This document shows positions 48,730 through 58,540 of a stretch of 64,000 nt of DNA, one piece after another. Position 1 is the stretch's first letter. Each line of letters opens with the position of its first letter. This DNA comes from Mercenaria mercenaria (lineage: Eukaryota). The notes under the pieces were generated by a model. It had not been told where the DNA came from and did no database searches. It worked only from the letters and a program-made list of their open reading frames with translations. The stretch spans positions 83,403,972 through 83,467,971 of the forward strand of contig NC_069364.1 of assembly GCF_021730395.1 (NCBI RefSeq), given 5' to 3'. A program made the translations under genes and the position numbers.

Positions 48730-49890
48730 ATGCCGCGTGGGCGTGTTAGACAGCGAGGCGGCAGGGCTAGGGCAGGAAGGCCAGCCAGGGCAAACAGAAA
48801 TGCCGACGGCCAGCAGAATGAAGCAGGCGGCCAGCAGAATGAGGCAGAACGAGGCAATAACCATCCAAACACCCGCGGGCAGAAACGAAGAGCCGATGAC
48901 CTTGAGCACGCTGAAAGGACACCGGCACGTGGTCTGGCAGAGCCATCAGATATAGATGACGGAGGCAATATACTGTTACAGGAAAATGCCGGTGGGTCTA
49001 ATTTTATTGATTTTGAACAGGTTTTTCGTAGTTCAGGTCTTATGTCTTGTAACGGTAATGAGACTAGTTCAAGGTCAAATAGTACTTCTAATATAGGATT
49101 TGACAATGGACACGACAAAAATGTACCTCTGCCACCCCGTCAGATCAATGAAACGTGTCAGAATGCCTCCTTTAATCATAACTTTCCATCCGTTCGTTTA
49201 TCAAATGATGATTTGACTGCACATGTACCATCATCGTTAAAACAACAAATCTGTCGTGGAGAATACGTTAATCTGGCCTTACTCTTAAAAGGGGCTATCG
49301 AACTGTCTGAATTTTGTAAGGGTAGTGTTTTCAAACTCTCGGCGGATGGCCACATTGAGTCATCTCATAAAGAGTGCAAAGATAAAATTACATCTAGAGA
49401 AAAATGGACCAATGCATTTATAATTTATGCTTCCATTTACCTTCCGACACATAGTGATAAAGTTCACGAGTTACTTCACTATATGTTTAACATATGGGAC
49501 TGTGCAATGCGCCAAGGGGGCAACGGGTGGAGAATTTATGATGAACAATTTCCCCTTTGCCAGGCTATATGTCCGTCCCCATGGTCACAAACAAATAACG
49601 AACTTTGGTGGCGATGTATACAGGTCAAAGATAATCAGTCTGCAAATCAGTCAGTTATAAATCCTCTCAGGTACACGTGCCATGATTTTAACAGAGGTAG
49701 TTGTTTCTGGTCAAACTGTAAATATCCTCATATATGCGCAAAATGTTTTGCACCACATCCTGAGGTCACCTGTTCCCAGTCCGGTTCTTCAGGTCAAGGT
49801 CAAATGACAAGCCCTCAGTTTAATTTTCGTGGCAGGGGCTTTCGCCGACCGTTCAGAGGACCTAAACGAGGTCAACCAAGAAAACAGTAA
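48730..49890 (+). CDS. ORF1, a putative Gag-like protein of 386 aa with a basic N-terminus and a Cys/His cluster (CHDFNRGSCFWSNCKYPHICAKCFAPH)
   Basis: It is the first ORF of the element and overlaps ORF2 in a different frame, as is typical of DIRS-order elements. It was not recognised by specific motif beyond the zinc-knuckle-like Cys/His spacing. Confidence 0.5.
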   Translation: MPRGRVRQRGGRARAGRPARANRNADGQQNEAGGQQNEAERGNNHPNTRGQKRRADDLEHAERTPARGLAEPSDIDDGGNILLQENAGGSNFIDFEQVFRSSGLMSCNGNETSSRSNSTSNIGFDNGHDKNVPLPPRQINETCQNASFNHNFPSVRLSNDDLTAHVPSSLKQQICRGEYVNLALLLKGAIELSEFCKGSVFKLSADGHIESSHKECKDKITSREKWTNAFIIYASIYLPTHSDKVHELLHYMFNIWDCAMRQGGNGWRIYDEQFPLCQAICPSPWSQTNNELWWRCIQVKDNQSANQSVINPLRYTCHDFNRGSCFWSNCKYPHICAKCFAPHPEVTCSQSGSSGQGQMTSPQFNFRGRGFRRPFRGPKRGQPRKQ

Positions 49891-51586
49891 AACTGTAAGC
49901 TTTAACTCAACAAACAGCCCATCAGTTCAACAGCTCACCAATTTTGATATTTCTAATTTGGCAAAATCACCAGTAAAAGTGGAAGCCTTGAAACAATATG
50001 CACTCTTGTACGAAACCAGTGAATCTAAGTTTTTACTAGACGGTTTTACGAAAGGATTTTCCATTCAGTACACAGGTCCTCGCTTACCACGAGATTCAAA
50101 TAATTTGCGTTCTGTTACACTCAGTCCGGAAATAATAAAATCTCAAATTAATAAAGAGTTAGAAGCAGGAAGAATAGCTGGTCCATTTGTTCATCGCCCA
50201 TTTCCTAATTTAATAGTTTCACCGATAGGCTTAGTTCCTAAAAAAACACCGGGAGAATTCCGAATGATTCATCATTTGTCACATCCCCCTGGCGGTTCAA
50301 TTAATGACTTTATTGACCCAGATTTATGCTCTGTCCAATACACTAGCTTCGACAAGGCAGTTAAGTTAGTTCAAGATCTAGGACGAAATTGTAAACTTTT
50401 CAAGTCGGACATTAAAAGTGCATATCGTTTAATACCGATTCACCCCGATGATTTTGAATTACTGGGATTTTGCTATGATGGTCATTTTTATTTTGACAAA
50501 GCGCTCCCGTTTGGGGTATCAATAAGCTGCATAACTTTTGAAAGGTTTGCTAGGTTTCTTGAATTTTGTGTTAAATTAAAACTACAGTCAGATAGCTTGA
50601 TACACTATTTAGATGACTTTCTAGGGGGAGACAAATCTGTTGAATCATGTACTCGTGCTTTAGAAATTTTTAAAAGTACAATGTCTGAACTTGGTGTGCC
50701 TTTAGCGCTCGACAAAACTGAAGGCCCTACAGAGGTTTTGATCTTTTTAGGCCTAGAACTAGATTCAAACCATATGACGGTAAAAATTCCTATAGCAAAA
50801 ATGCAGGAGGTTATACAAAAAATCGAAGAAATTCTTTCACGAAATAAAACAACATTAAAGAAAATGCAGTCTCTCATTGGGTCATTAAACTTTTGTTGCA
50901 GAGCCATAGTAGTGGGTAGGCCTTTTATACGCCGACTAATAAACTCAGTTTGTGGTCTCACGAAGCCTTTTCATCGCATTCGAATTAAAAAAGAGATACG
51001 GCTTGATTTGGCAATGTGGTTAGTTTTTCTAAAAAAATTTAACGGTATCTCTGTTTTTCATGACCGTTATTGGATCACGAACACCGATACAGAGTTATAC
51101 ACTGATAGTGCGGGTGGCAAGGGATTAGGCTTTGGTATATACTTCAAAGGCCATTGGTGTTCGGCGAAGTGGCCGGACACGTGGCACACGTGCGGCATCA
51201 CGTCAGATATAACAGTACTGGAATTGTTCCCGATTTTGGTAGCTATATTCATTTGGGGAAAGGATCTGATGAATAAAAAAATAAGATTTAACAGCGATAA
51301 TATGGCTGTGGTTCACATTCTTAACAAATTATCCTCTAAATCAGAACGAGTTATGTGCATTGTCAGGATATTAACGTTGAGATGTTTTAACTTGAATATT
51401 TTAATCAAAGCCTCTCATGTCCCGGGTTGTAGCAATGAAATCTGCAACGCTTTATCTCGCTTTCAGTTGAACAAGTTCAGAGAATTAGCTCCAGACGCAG
51501 ACGTCAGCCCCCATTCAATACCAACTTTTCTATGGGACATCTTCGATCTAGAGCTAGACAACTGCTTCTGTCAGGGATTTCAATGA
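49829..51586 (+). CDS. ORF2, reverse transcriptase plus RNase H, 585 aa
   Basis: RT motifs IVSPIGLVPKK, FRMIHHLSHP, FKSDIKSAYRLIPIHPDDFELLGF, ALPFG and HYLDDFLGG are present. The RNase H region has YTDSAGGKGLGFG..ELFPILVA..NSDNMAVVHIL..ASHVPGCSNEICNALSR. Confidence 0.85.
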   Translation: MAGAFADRSEDLNEVNQENSKTVSFNSTNSPSVQQLTNFDISNLAKSPVKVEALKQYALLYETSESKFLLDGFTKGFSIQYTGPRLPRDSNNLRSVTLSPEIIKSQINKELEAGRIAGPFVHRPFPNLIVSPIGLVPKKTPGEFRMIHHLSHPPGGSINDFIDPDLCSVQYTSFDKAVKLVQDLGRNCKLFKSDIKSAYRLIPIHPDDFELLGFCYDGHFYFDKALPFGVSISCITFERFARFLEFCVKLKLQSDSLIHYLDDFLGGDKSVESCTRALEIFKSTMSELGVPLALDKTEGPTEVLIFLGLELDSNHMTVKIPIAKMQEVIQKIEEILSRNKTTLKKMQSLIGSLNFCCRAIVVGRPFIRRLINSVCGLTKPFHRIRIKKEIRLDLAMWLVFLKKFNGISVFHDRYWITNTDTELYTDSAGGKGLGFGIYFKGHWCSAKWPDTWHTCGITSDITVLELFPILVAIFIWGKDLMNKKIRFNSDNMAVVHILNKLSSKSERVMCIVRILTLRCFNLNILIKASHVPGCSNEICNALSRFQLNKFRELAPDADVSPHSIPTFLWDIFDLELDNCFCQGFQ

Positions 51587-52423
51587 ATTCAAGGCTAACA
51601 TATAATACTGCCTTTCGGGCATTTGAAAATTTTAGGCGGTTATACAATCTTTCAGACAGTTGGCCTATACCAGAACAACAAATCACTTTATTTATGGCTT
51701 ATTGTTTCGAAAAAGGGTTGTCACCCAAGACAATCACGAGGTATATAGCTGGGCTAAATTATTTTCACAAACTTTCTGGATATTATGATATAACCCAGGT
51801 TTTCATTGTTAATAAATTACTAGAGGGTTGCCATAGGAACCGTATCACACATGATAACAGAGCCCCACTAACTCTGCCTATTTTGACATCTATTTGCAGA
51901 GTTCTAAGAGAAATATGCTTCAATGCGTATGAAACAAAACTGTTTACTTCGCTCTTTACTTTAGCATACTTTGGATTGTTCAGGGTTAGCGAATTAGTTG
52001 TCTCCTTTAGGGGACAATTTGATGGGCCCATTAAACGATCAGATTTGTTCGTGATTGATAACCAATATCTTACAATTCAACTTCGGCATAGTAAAACAAA
52101 CCAAAGGGGAAAACCGACTAAAACTACCCAGAGAATCTGGGCCTGTCTGTGCAGTGCAAGCATTAACAGATTTCTTGGCCGTAAGACCAAAAAATGAAGG
52201 AATATTATTTTGTCATCAAGAAGGCACCCCAGTTACCAGAACTCAATTTTCAGCCATTCTGTATAAATGTCTGAGTAAAAATCAAATTACTGGTACATTT
52301 AAATCGCATAGCTTTAGAATTGGTCGGGCTACAGACCTGGCAACTAGGGGTTATTCAGCGAGTGTAATTATGAAACTTGGTAGATGGAAATCTAATTGCT
52401 ATAAAGTATACATCCGAACGTAA
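51532..52423 (+). CDS. ORF3, tyrosine recombinase, split over two frames (51532-52197 and 52055-52423) by an apparent one-nucleotide frameshift near 52105-52120
   Basis: YR hallmarks are LFTLAYFGLFRVSELV, IQLRHSKTNQRG, then after the frame change ..SGPVCAVQALTDFL..HSFRIGRATDLA..GRWKSNCYKVYIR, which gives the R..H..R..Y catalytic signature. The join falls in the GGGGAAAACC run. Confidence 0.75.
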
Positions 52424-52584
52424 TTCTACAGTAAAGAGATGTTTTCCCACTCTTAACTGTATCAGCGGACAACATTTTTTAAAAGTGCATTGAAGTCAGT
52501 TCTTCCTGGTAGTTATTCCGTTTAAAGCGAATTTTCCACATTTAAGGTATTCTTGTCAATTCCATCTAATAACTATTTGTAGAT

Positions 52585-53139
52585 GTGTGGGTCCTGGGAG
52601 ATTCAATACCGTTCTGGGCTGGTAAACGAGCAGCAGACACCGGTAAACCCAACCTTTCGTTACCCGATATAACTATAGCTTGGTGGGGAATAAGCGGACT
52701 TCGATGGACATCATTTCGCCATTCAGTACAGACTCAAGTATTACTGTCATCGCCACCAAGGGCTATCATCTTACATTTAGGTGGTAACGATTTGACAAGT
52801 TTATCTTCTATCGAGCTAAGGGAGTTAATAGAGACAGAAGTGAAATATCTACGCGATGCCTTCCCCGAGACAATTATCATTTGGGTAGATATTTTACCAA
52901 GGAGGGTCTGGAGGGGGGCCTGTAATCTCAAAGCTATTGACGTCAAACGCAAACGAATAAATAGATCGGGCCGGATTATTACAAGTCGGTCTGGCAGGAG
53001 TGATATAGTGAGCCCAGATATTGATACGGCTACTAATTTTTTCAGATCTGACGGGGTCCATTTAAATGAGGTGGGGTTGGAGTTTTATCTGTACTATTTG
53101 AAATCTGCCATAATAAAAAATCTCTGTGCGTCTCAATAA
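52585..53139 (+). CDS. ORF4, an SGNH/GDSL-family hydrolase-like protein of 184 aa
   Basis: Block I VLGDSI (GDS), block III LHLGGNDL (GGND) and block V DGVHLN (DxxH) occur in the correct order and spacing. Its position after the YR ORF matches the hydrolase-like ORF reported in some Ngaro elements. Confidence 0.65.
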   Translation: MWVLGDSIPFWAGKRAADTGKPNLSLPDITIAWWGISGLRWTSFRHSVQTQVLLSSPPRAIILHLGGNDLTSLSSIELRELIETEVKYLRDAFPETIIIWVDILPRRVWRGACNLKAIDVKRKRINRSGRIITSRSGRSDIVSPDIDTATNFFRSDGVHLNEVGLEFYLYYLKSAIIKNLCASQ

Positions 53140-53171
53140 TAATTTTGGGGGATAAATTGAAATTTATTGTG

Positions 53172-54110
53172 GCGGTAAAATTTTTATTGGCCGGAAGGTG
53201 ACCAGGCGTTGCAGTTTCTATGAAGTAAATTTAACAAGTTATTGTTATTTACAATTTCCAATTTCGCTTACTTCGGAATATGGGCGTGACTTCTCTCCTC
53301 GATGGCATTCTATTTTGCGTTCAAGAGGAGACATAGCCGTCCGTATTCGGATTTTTCTATCTTATTTCGCAGGTCACTACTTTATGTAAGCTGTTATTGT
53401 TACTCTGAGTCACCAGGTTATTTCAATGGTTGTCAACTGGACTGTTGCTTCTGGTTACTTGTTTACTTATTGTTGTCGACCCGAATGTTGCTTCGGGTCA
53501 CTAAGTAGTGGTAAACTCGAATGTTGCTTCGGGTTTGTTTGTAGTCTGTCGTTGACCTGAATGTTGCTTCGGGTCACTAGGTCTGGCCCATGTAGTTTTG
53601 GTAAGGCCTAGTCGACGTGTTTGCTGCCAGTAACGCATTACAGGTTCTACCGGCATACCTCGTATCGAGCTGGTAGTGTGATTATGGGTCCTTTGCTTTC
53701 AAGGTTGGTACCGATTCACGGTACGGTCAACTTGGAAGCTGGGGTCTATGACTGCACGATCAGTGGGACTCCTTTGGTAATGCGACACGTAGCAATTGAT
53801 GCCATTAGTAATATTTTCAAAGGTGACTCGGCGACCGGGATCCTTTTGGCAATTTCACTTGTAATGTTTGGCACGCTTGCAGGTCCCTTCCGGTCGATGA
53901 GCTAGCTACCAAATTTGAGCAGCCGACACAACCAAACTTATTAATTTGAAATGATATGAATATACATGTAATTCGTAAGCAATATTTCAAGGTTTTATTA
54001 TCACGTACCTATATCTATTTGAATATATTGTCGGTACAGATTGGTGACATGTTTAATAAATTTAGAGAAGGCTGTATGTATTGTTTTTTATTTCGAGTAA
54101 TATCAAATAA
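53172..54110 (+). repeat. Ngaro-like element repeat B1 (B2 copy at 55000-55935). It contains three tandem GAATGTTGCTTCGGGT hairpin-forming motifs (53470-53585).
   Basis: Roughly 939-bp direct repeat, about 99% identical. It is noncoding, and the ORFs listed inside it are repeat artefacts. Confidence 0.8.
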
Positions 54111-56264
54111 GATAAATTATTTTCAATTAAAAATAATTTGATTTATTTATTCAAGAAATACTTGTTATGCTCGTTGCCATGGTCACACGGTTATCTTTCG
54201 GTCTTTTCTTATAACTGGTTCCCGTCTTTCTGACTGATACGAATTACACATAATTACTGGGCCAAGAACAATCTTAATAACGGCTTATAAAAGCAAAAAA
54301 CACGTGCAGCCTTTCTCACTTACGTCGTAGTCTACCTGTAAAGAACATCGAACTTACAACTTTTCCCCGCCCGCCTCAGCCCGCAAAAGCTACCATATTT
54401 TTGATTAATAAGATTGTTTCACCTATACTATACCATGTGATAACTATTTTTGGTCAGGAATTGCTGTTGGTTGTATATATTTTCAGGATACCATATTTCA
54501 AATTTCTGTTGTATCAATGTTGAATTCTGACGGTGTCACCAACTCATGTACCCAGAGCCATAAGACGAATGCAATTCAGATGTGAAAACAGTATATTGTT
54601 ATGAAGACTGTGATTTTATCAAATAAACGGTTACAGGCGCCTTAGCGGTACATGGAATTAATGCTGATGTGAACAGTCATTTGTAATATACTTATTTAGT
54701 GTGAACACTGATTCATTGGAAGTGATTTGTCAGTTAATGATCATAGTGCTCGGGTATTTGTTTGTTCTTATTACACATTTTATGTGCATTTATATCGTGT
54801 GACATTTTGTGCTAGCTTAATGGGACAATTATTTGACATTACATGTATACTAAGCAGCATAATTCTGGACATTTAGTGTATTTACTTCATGAAGACGTAA
54901 TTCTATGCCTAAATAATATAAATGTATGTATATAAAGAGTCGGACAGTCTATCTTAAGGTTTCATTCATATATGTCGCTCTATTTATATGTTGTATATTG
55001 CGGTAAAATTTTTATTGGCCGGAAGGTGACCAGGCGTTGCAGTTTCTATGAAGTAAATTTAACAAGTTATTGTTATTTACAATTTCAAATTTCGCTTACT
55101 TCGGAATATGGGCGTGACTTCTCTCCTCGATGGCATTCTATTTTGCGTTCAAGAGGAGACATAGCCGTCCGTATTCGGATTTTTCTATCTTATTTCGCAG
55201 GTCACTACTTTATGTAAGCTGTTATTGTTACTCTGAGTCACCAGGTTATTTCAATGGTTGTCAACTGGACTGTTGCTTCCGGTTACTTGTTTACTTATTG
55301 TTGTCGACCCGAATGTTGCTTCGGGTCACTAAGTAGTGGTAAACTCGAATGTTGCTTCGGGTTTGTTTGTAGTCTGTCGTTGACCTGAATGTTGCTTCGG
55401 GTCACTAGGTCTGGCCCATGTAGTTTTGGTAAGGCCTAGTCGACGTGTTTGCTGCCAGTAACGCATTACAGGTTCTACCGGCATACCTCGTATCGAGCTG
55501 GTAGTGTGATTATGGGTCCTTTGCTTTCAAGGTTGGTACCGATTCGCGGTACGGTCAACTTGGAAGCTGGGGTCTATGATTGCACGATCAGTGGGACTCC
55601 TTTGGTAATGCGACACGTAGCAATTGATGCCATTAGTAATATTTTCAAAGGTGACTCGGCGACCGGGATCCTTTTGGCAATTTCACTTGTAATGTTTGGC
55701 ACGCTTGGTCCCTTCCGGTCGATGAGCTAGCTACCAAATTTGAGCGGCCGACACAACCAAACTTATTAATTTGAAATGATATGAATATACATGTAATTCG
55801 TAAGCAATATTTCAAGGTTTTATTATCACGTACCTATATCTATTTGAATATATTGTCGGTACAGATTGGTGACATGTTTAATAAATTTAGAGAAGGCTGT
55901 ATGTATTGTTTTTTATTTCGAGTAATATCAAATAATGCTTCATTTACACAGAAAGATATCTAGCCATATCACAAAGGTATTTCTGTTTTTTGCTCTTGCA
56001 GCCCCTAAAAGGTGCTTAAGTGTCCCAAATTTGAATAAATTTGAGAGAGGACCTTACAATGATGCTACAGACAAAATTTGACGAAGATCCATCAAGCGGT
56101 TCATGAGAAGAAGTGGTTTAAAGGTTTTTTCTAATTTTAGCCCTAGCGGCACCTTAAAGGGGCCAAGTGCCCTCATTTAAACAATTTTTGGGAAAGCATC
56201 TTACAAAATTATTCTACAGACAAAGTTTCATGAAGATCCATTAAGCGGTTCATGGCCAGACAAA

Positions 56265-57115
56265 ACAAGAGCACTGCCTTGCGGGTGCTGACGCTCATCT
56301 GATTTTTTTTGTATAATAGAAATATTGTCCTACCTATGATTTTCTAAGTCTAAAAAGGGCCATCATTCTTGCAAAAAGCTGGATAGAGTTATGTTTCTTG
56401 ATGTACAGCATTCGCTTATGATGATGAAAAACTGTTGCAAGTTTTAAAGCAATAGCTTTGATGGTTTATGAGAAAAGCTGACTTAAACATAATACTCAAC
56501 CAAGAAAACTGATTTTCTAAGTCCAAAAGGGGTAATAACTAAAAGCAGGACGGAGTTATGTTTCTTGATGTACAGGGTCAGCTTATGATGGTAAACAAGT
56601 GTTGCAAGTTTCAAAGCAATAGCTTTGATAGTTTATGAGATAAAGTTGACCTAAACATAAAACTTAACCAAGAAATCTGATATTTTCTAAGTCCAAAAGG
56701 GGCCATAAATCTTGCAAAAAGCAGGATGGAGTTATGTTTCTTGATGTACAGGGTCAGCTTATGATGGTGAACAAGTGTTGCAAGTTTTAAAGCAATAGCT
56801 TTGATAGTTTAGGAGAAAAGCTGACCTAAATATAAAACTTAACCAAGAAAACTGATTTTCTAAGTCCAAAAGGGGAAATAATTCTTGCAAAAAGCAGGAT
56901 GGAGTTATGTTTCTTGATGTACAGGGTCTGCTTATGATGATGAACAAATGTTGCAAGTTTCAAAGCAATAACTTTGATAGTTTTGGAGAAAAGCTGACCT
57001 AAACATAAAACTTAACCAGGCAACGCCGACGCCGACACAGACGCCGACGCCGATCAAGTGATGACAATAACTCATCATTTTTTTTCAAAAAATCAGATGA
57101 GCTAAAAATGACCTA
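56265..57115 (+). mobile_element. Complete small HINE. 5' CAAGAGCACTGCCTTGCGGGTGCTGACGCTCATCTGA, about five copies of a 145-bp monomer (..AAAAGCTGAC.TAAACATAAAACTTAACCAAGAAA.CTGATTTTCTAAGTCCAAAAGGGG..AATAA.T...GCA..A.GGA.GGAGTTATGTTTCTTGATGTACAGGGTC.GCTTATGATGGT.AACAA.TGTTGCAAGTTT.AAAGCAATAGCTTTGATAGTTT..GAGA), a (GCCGAC)n microsatellite (57030-57060), and the terminus ..AATCAGATGAGCTAAAAA
   Basis: The 5' and 3' termini carry the complementary 11-mers GCTCATCTGAT and ATCAGATGAGC, a subterminal inverted repeat that parallels GCTCACCTG and CAGGTGAGC in the main family. Confidence 0.55.
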
Positions 57116-57650
57116 GTATATTTGACCTTTATGAGTGATATTGATCTTTGAGACAGGGTCCTGGGTCTTGCATGGCATGTCATCTCATTATGGGGAACAT
57201 TAGTGCCAAGTGATTGTAGTATCTCTTGATGAAAGGTAGTTTTTGACCAGAAATGAAACAGATCCTCTTAAGTTTTGACTTCAAAATGTAACCTTAATCT
57301 CTGAGCTAGGTGTCTGGGTCTTCAACGCATCCATGCAAAGTAACCAGACACAAAACAGACCCTAATAACATTTGACATCCCAAGTATGACCTTGACCTTG
57401 GAGTTGGGGTCTGGATCTTTTGTGCGAAACGTTGTCTCAACATTTGTGCCAAGTAATTTCAAAATCCCTTGATGAATGGCACAGCTGTGGACTGGACATG
57501 ACACAGACCTGTTAACCTTTCACCTCCAAGTGTGTTCATGACCTTTGAGCTAGGGGTCTTTGTCTTGTGCAACACAGGTTGTCTCCTTAATTGAACATTT
57601 TTGCCAAGTTATTTTAAAATTCCTTCATGGTTGGACACAGCCCACTTCTT
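57115..57650 (+). repeat. About four diverged copies of a roughly 135-bp monomer of the GACCTTTGAGCTAGGGGTCT..GTGCCAAGT.ATTT.AAAATCC.T.GATGA family (same family as 3218-3830)
   Basis: Shared motif blocks with the array at 3218-3830. Confidence 0.45.
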
Positions 57651-58464
57651 TTCCCCTTTTTTGTTTCTCAAAAGGTGGGGAACAACTGAAATTACAAACA
57701 TTTAGTCTACAGGATTTAAGGAAAAGCCCTCTATTGTAACTGTCACATACTAAAAACATGTAGTAATTAAATATCAAGTTAAGGTAGTTCTTCACATCTG
57801 CTAAATAGAGTAATGATGCAGCAGCTTCTGACTGGAAAACATAGAGTAAAACCTGGACCAAGCATACAGTAAGGAAAATTGGCCAGATGTAGAGGTCATC
57901 CTGTGTTTGCATTTAGGAAAGCATTAAAATTACTTTCGCATAAGATAAAAACAACAAAAAATTGCTGTCACACGAAACAATTCCAAAATGCCCTCAAATC
58001 AACTTAAAACTTGCTGATCTATTAAATTACAGGTAAATATCTATAAGATATGGACAGACAAATTTTATTTGATCAGACAATGTTGCTTTTCAACAGTGAA
58101 AAGTTTCATTAAAATCTTCCCTGTGAAAAAAATTTAATTGCAAAAATGTCATTAAAATTGTAGAGACCTATTATGCATTCCCCTTTGAAGACATACAGTA
58201 GTATTGCTAGTCCCTTTAAAGATATGTATAATATCAGACCATGGCTGATGAATAATGATATGTATAGAAAACCTGTATTTCAAGATCACCTGTGAACAGG
58301 GACCCCCTAGCTATCAAGAACAATAGAATCATTTCAAACAGATTCAAACACTTCAAGTACCCTTTCATTTCTGAATAAAGACCATATGCATTTGACCTCT
58401 CAGCTGACCTCAAAAGTATTTTTTTTATGTACACTCGGGTTTTTCTGCACACAACAGTTCTTAC

Positions 58465-58540
58465 CTATTCTTTGAGTTCCAAATGCCTGACTGAAGTCAA
58501 CTTTATCATCCAGGTCCCAGCTGTCAAATGCTTCTTCAAG
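58465..58540 (-). CDS. Candidate coding exon encoding LEEAFDSWDLDDKVDFSQAFGTQRI, ending in phase 1
   Basis: Acceptor TTTTGATTCTAG| and donor AGAATAG|GTAAGAAC. The frame is open throughout. Confidence 0.35.

Larger units (their letters stand above)
48419..55935 (+). mobile_element. Tyrosine-recombinase (YR) retrotransposon of the DIRS order with Ngaro-like organisation, 7.5 kb. The order is A1 (48419-48680), four ORFs (48730-53139), B1 (53172-54110), A2 (54104-54365), a 634-bp unique spacer, then B2 (55000-55935).
   Basis: Split direct repeats: A1/A2 are 262 bp with 3 mismatches, and B1/B2 are about 939 bp and about 99% identical with one 4-bp indel. B ends and A begins on a shared CAAATAA overlap. 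There are no canonical LTR TG..CA ends, PBS or PPT. The ORF order Gag-like, RT/RNase H, YR, SGNH-hydrolase-like matches what is described for Ngaro elements (established knowledge). Confidence 0.8.

Noticed and set aside
50605-52031. Antisense ORFs within the RT and YR genes (50605-50961, 51067-51252, 51504-51686, 51783-52031 on the minus strand)
   Set aside because: They are opposite-strand readings of well-supported RT/RNase H and recombinase coding sequence.
53198-55963. Listed ORFs inside the retrotransposon B1/B2 repeats (53198-53389, 53302-53508, 53621-53905, 53956-54141 and their duplicates at 54972-55963)
   Set aside because: They occur identically in both noncoding repeat copies, are short, overlap one another in different frames and have no recognisable domain. 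They are treated as repeat artefacts.
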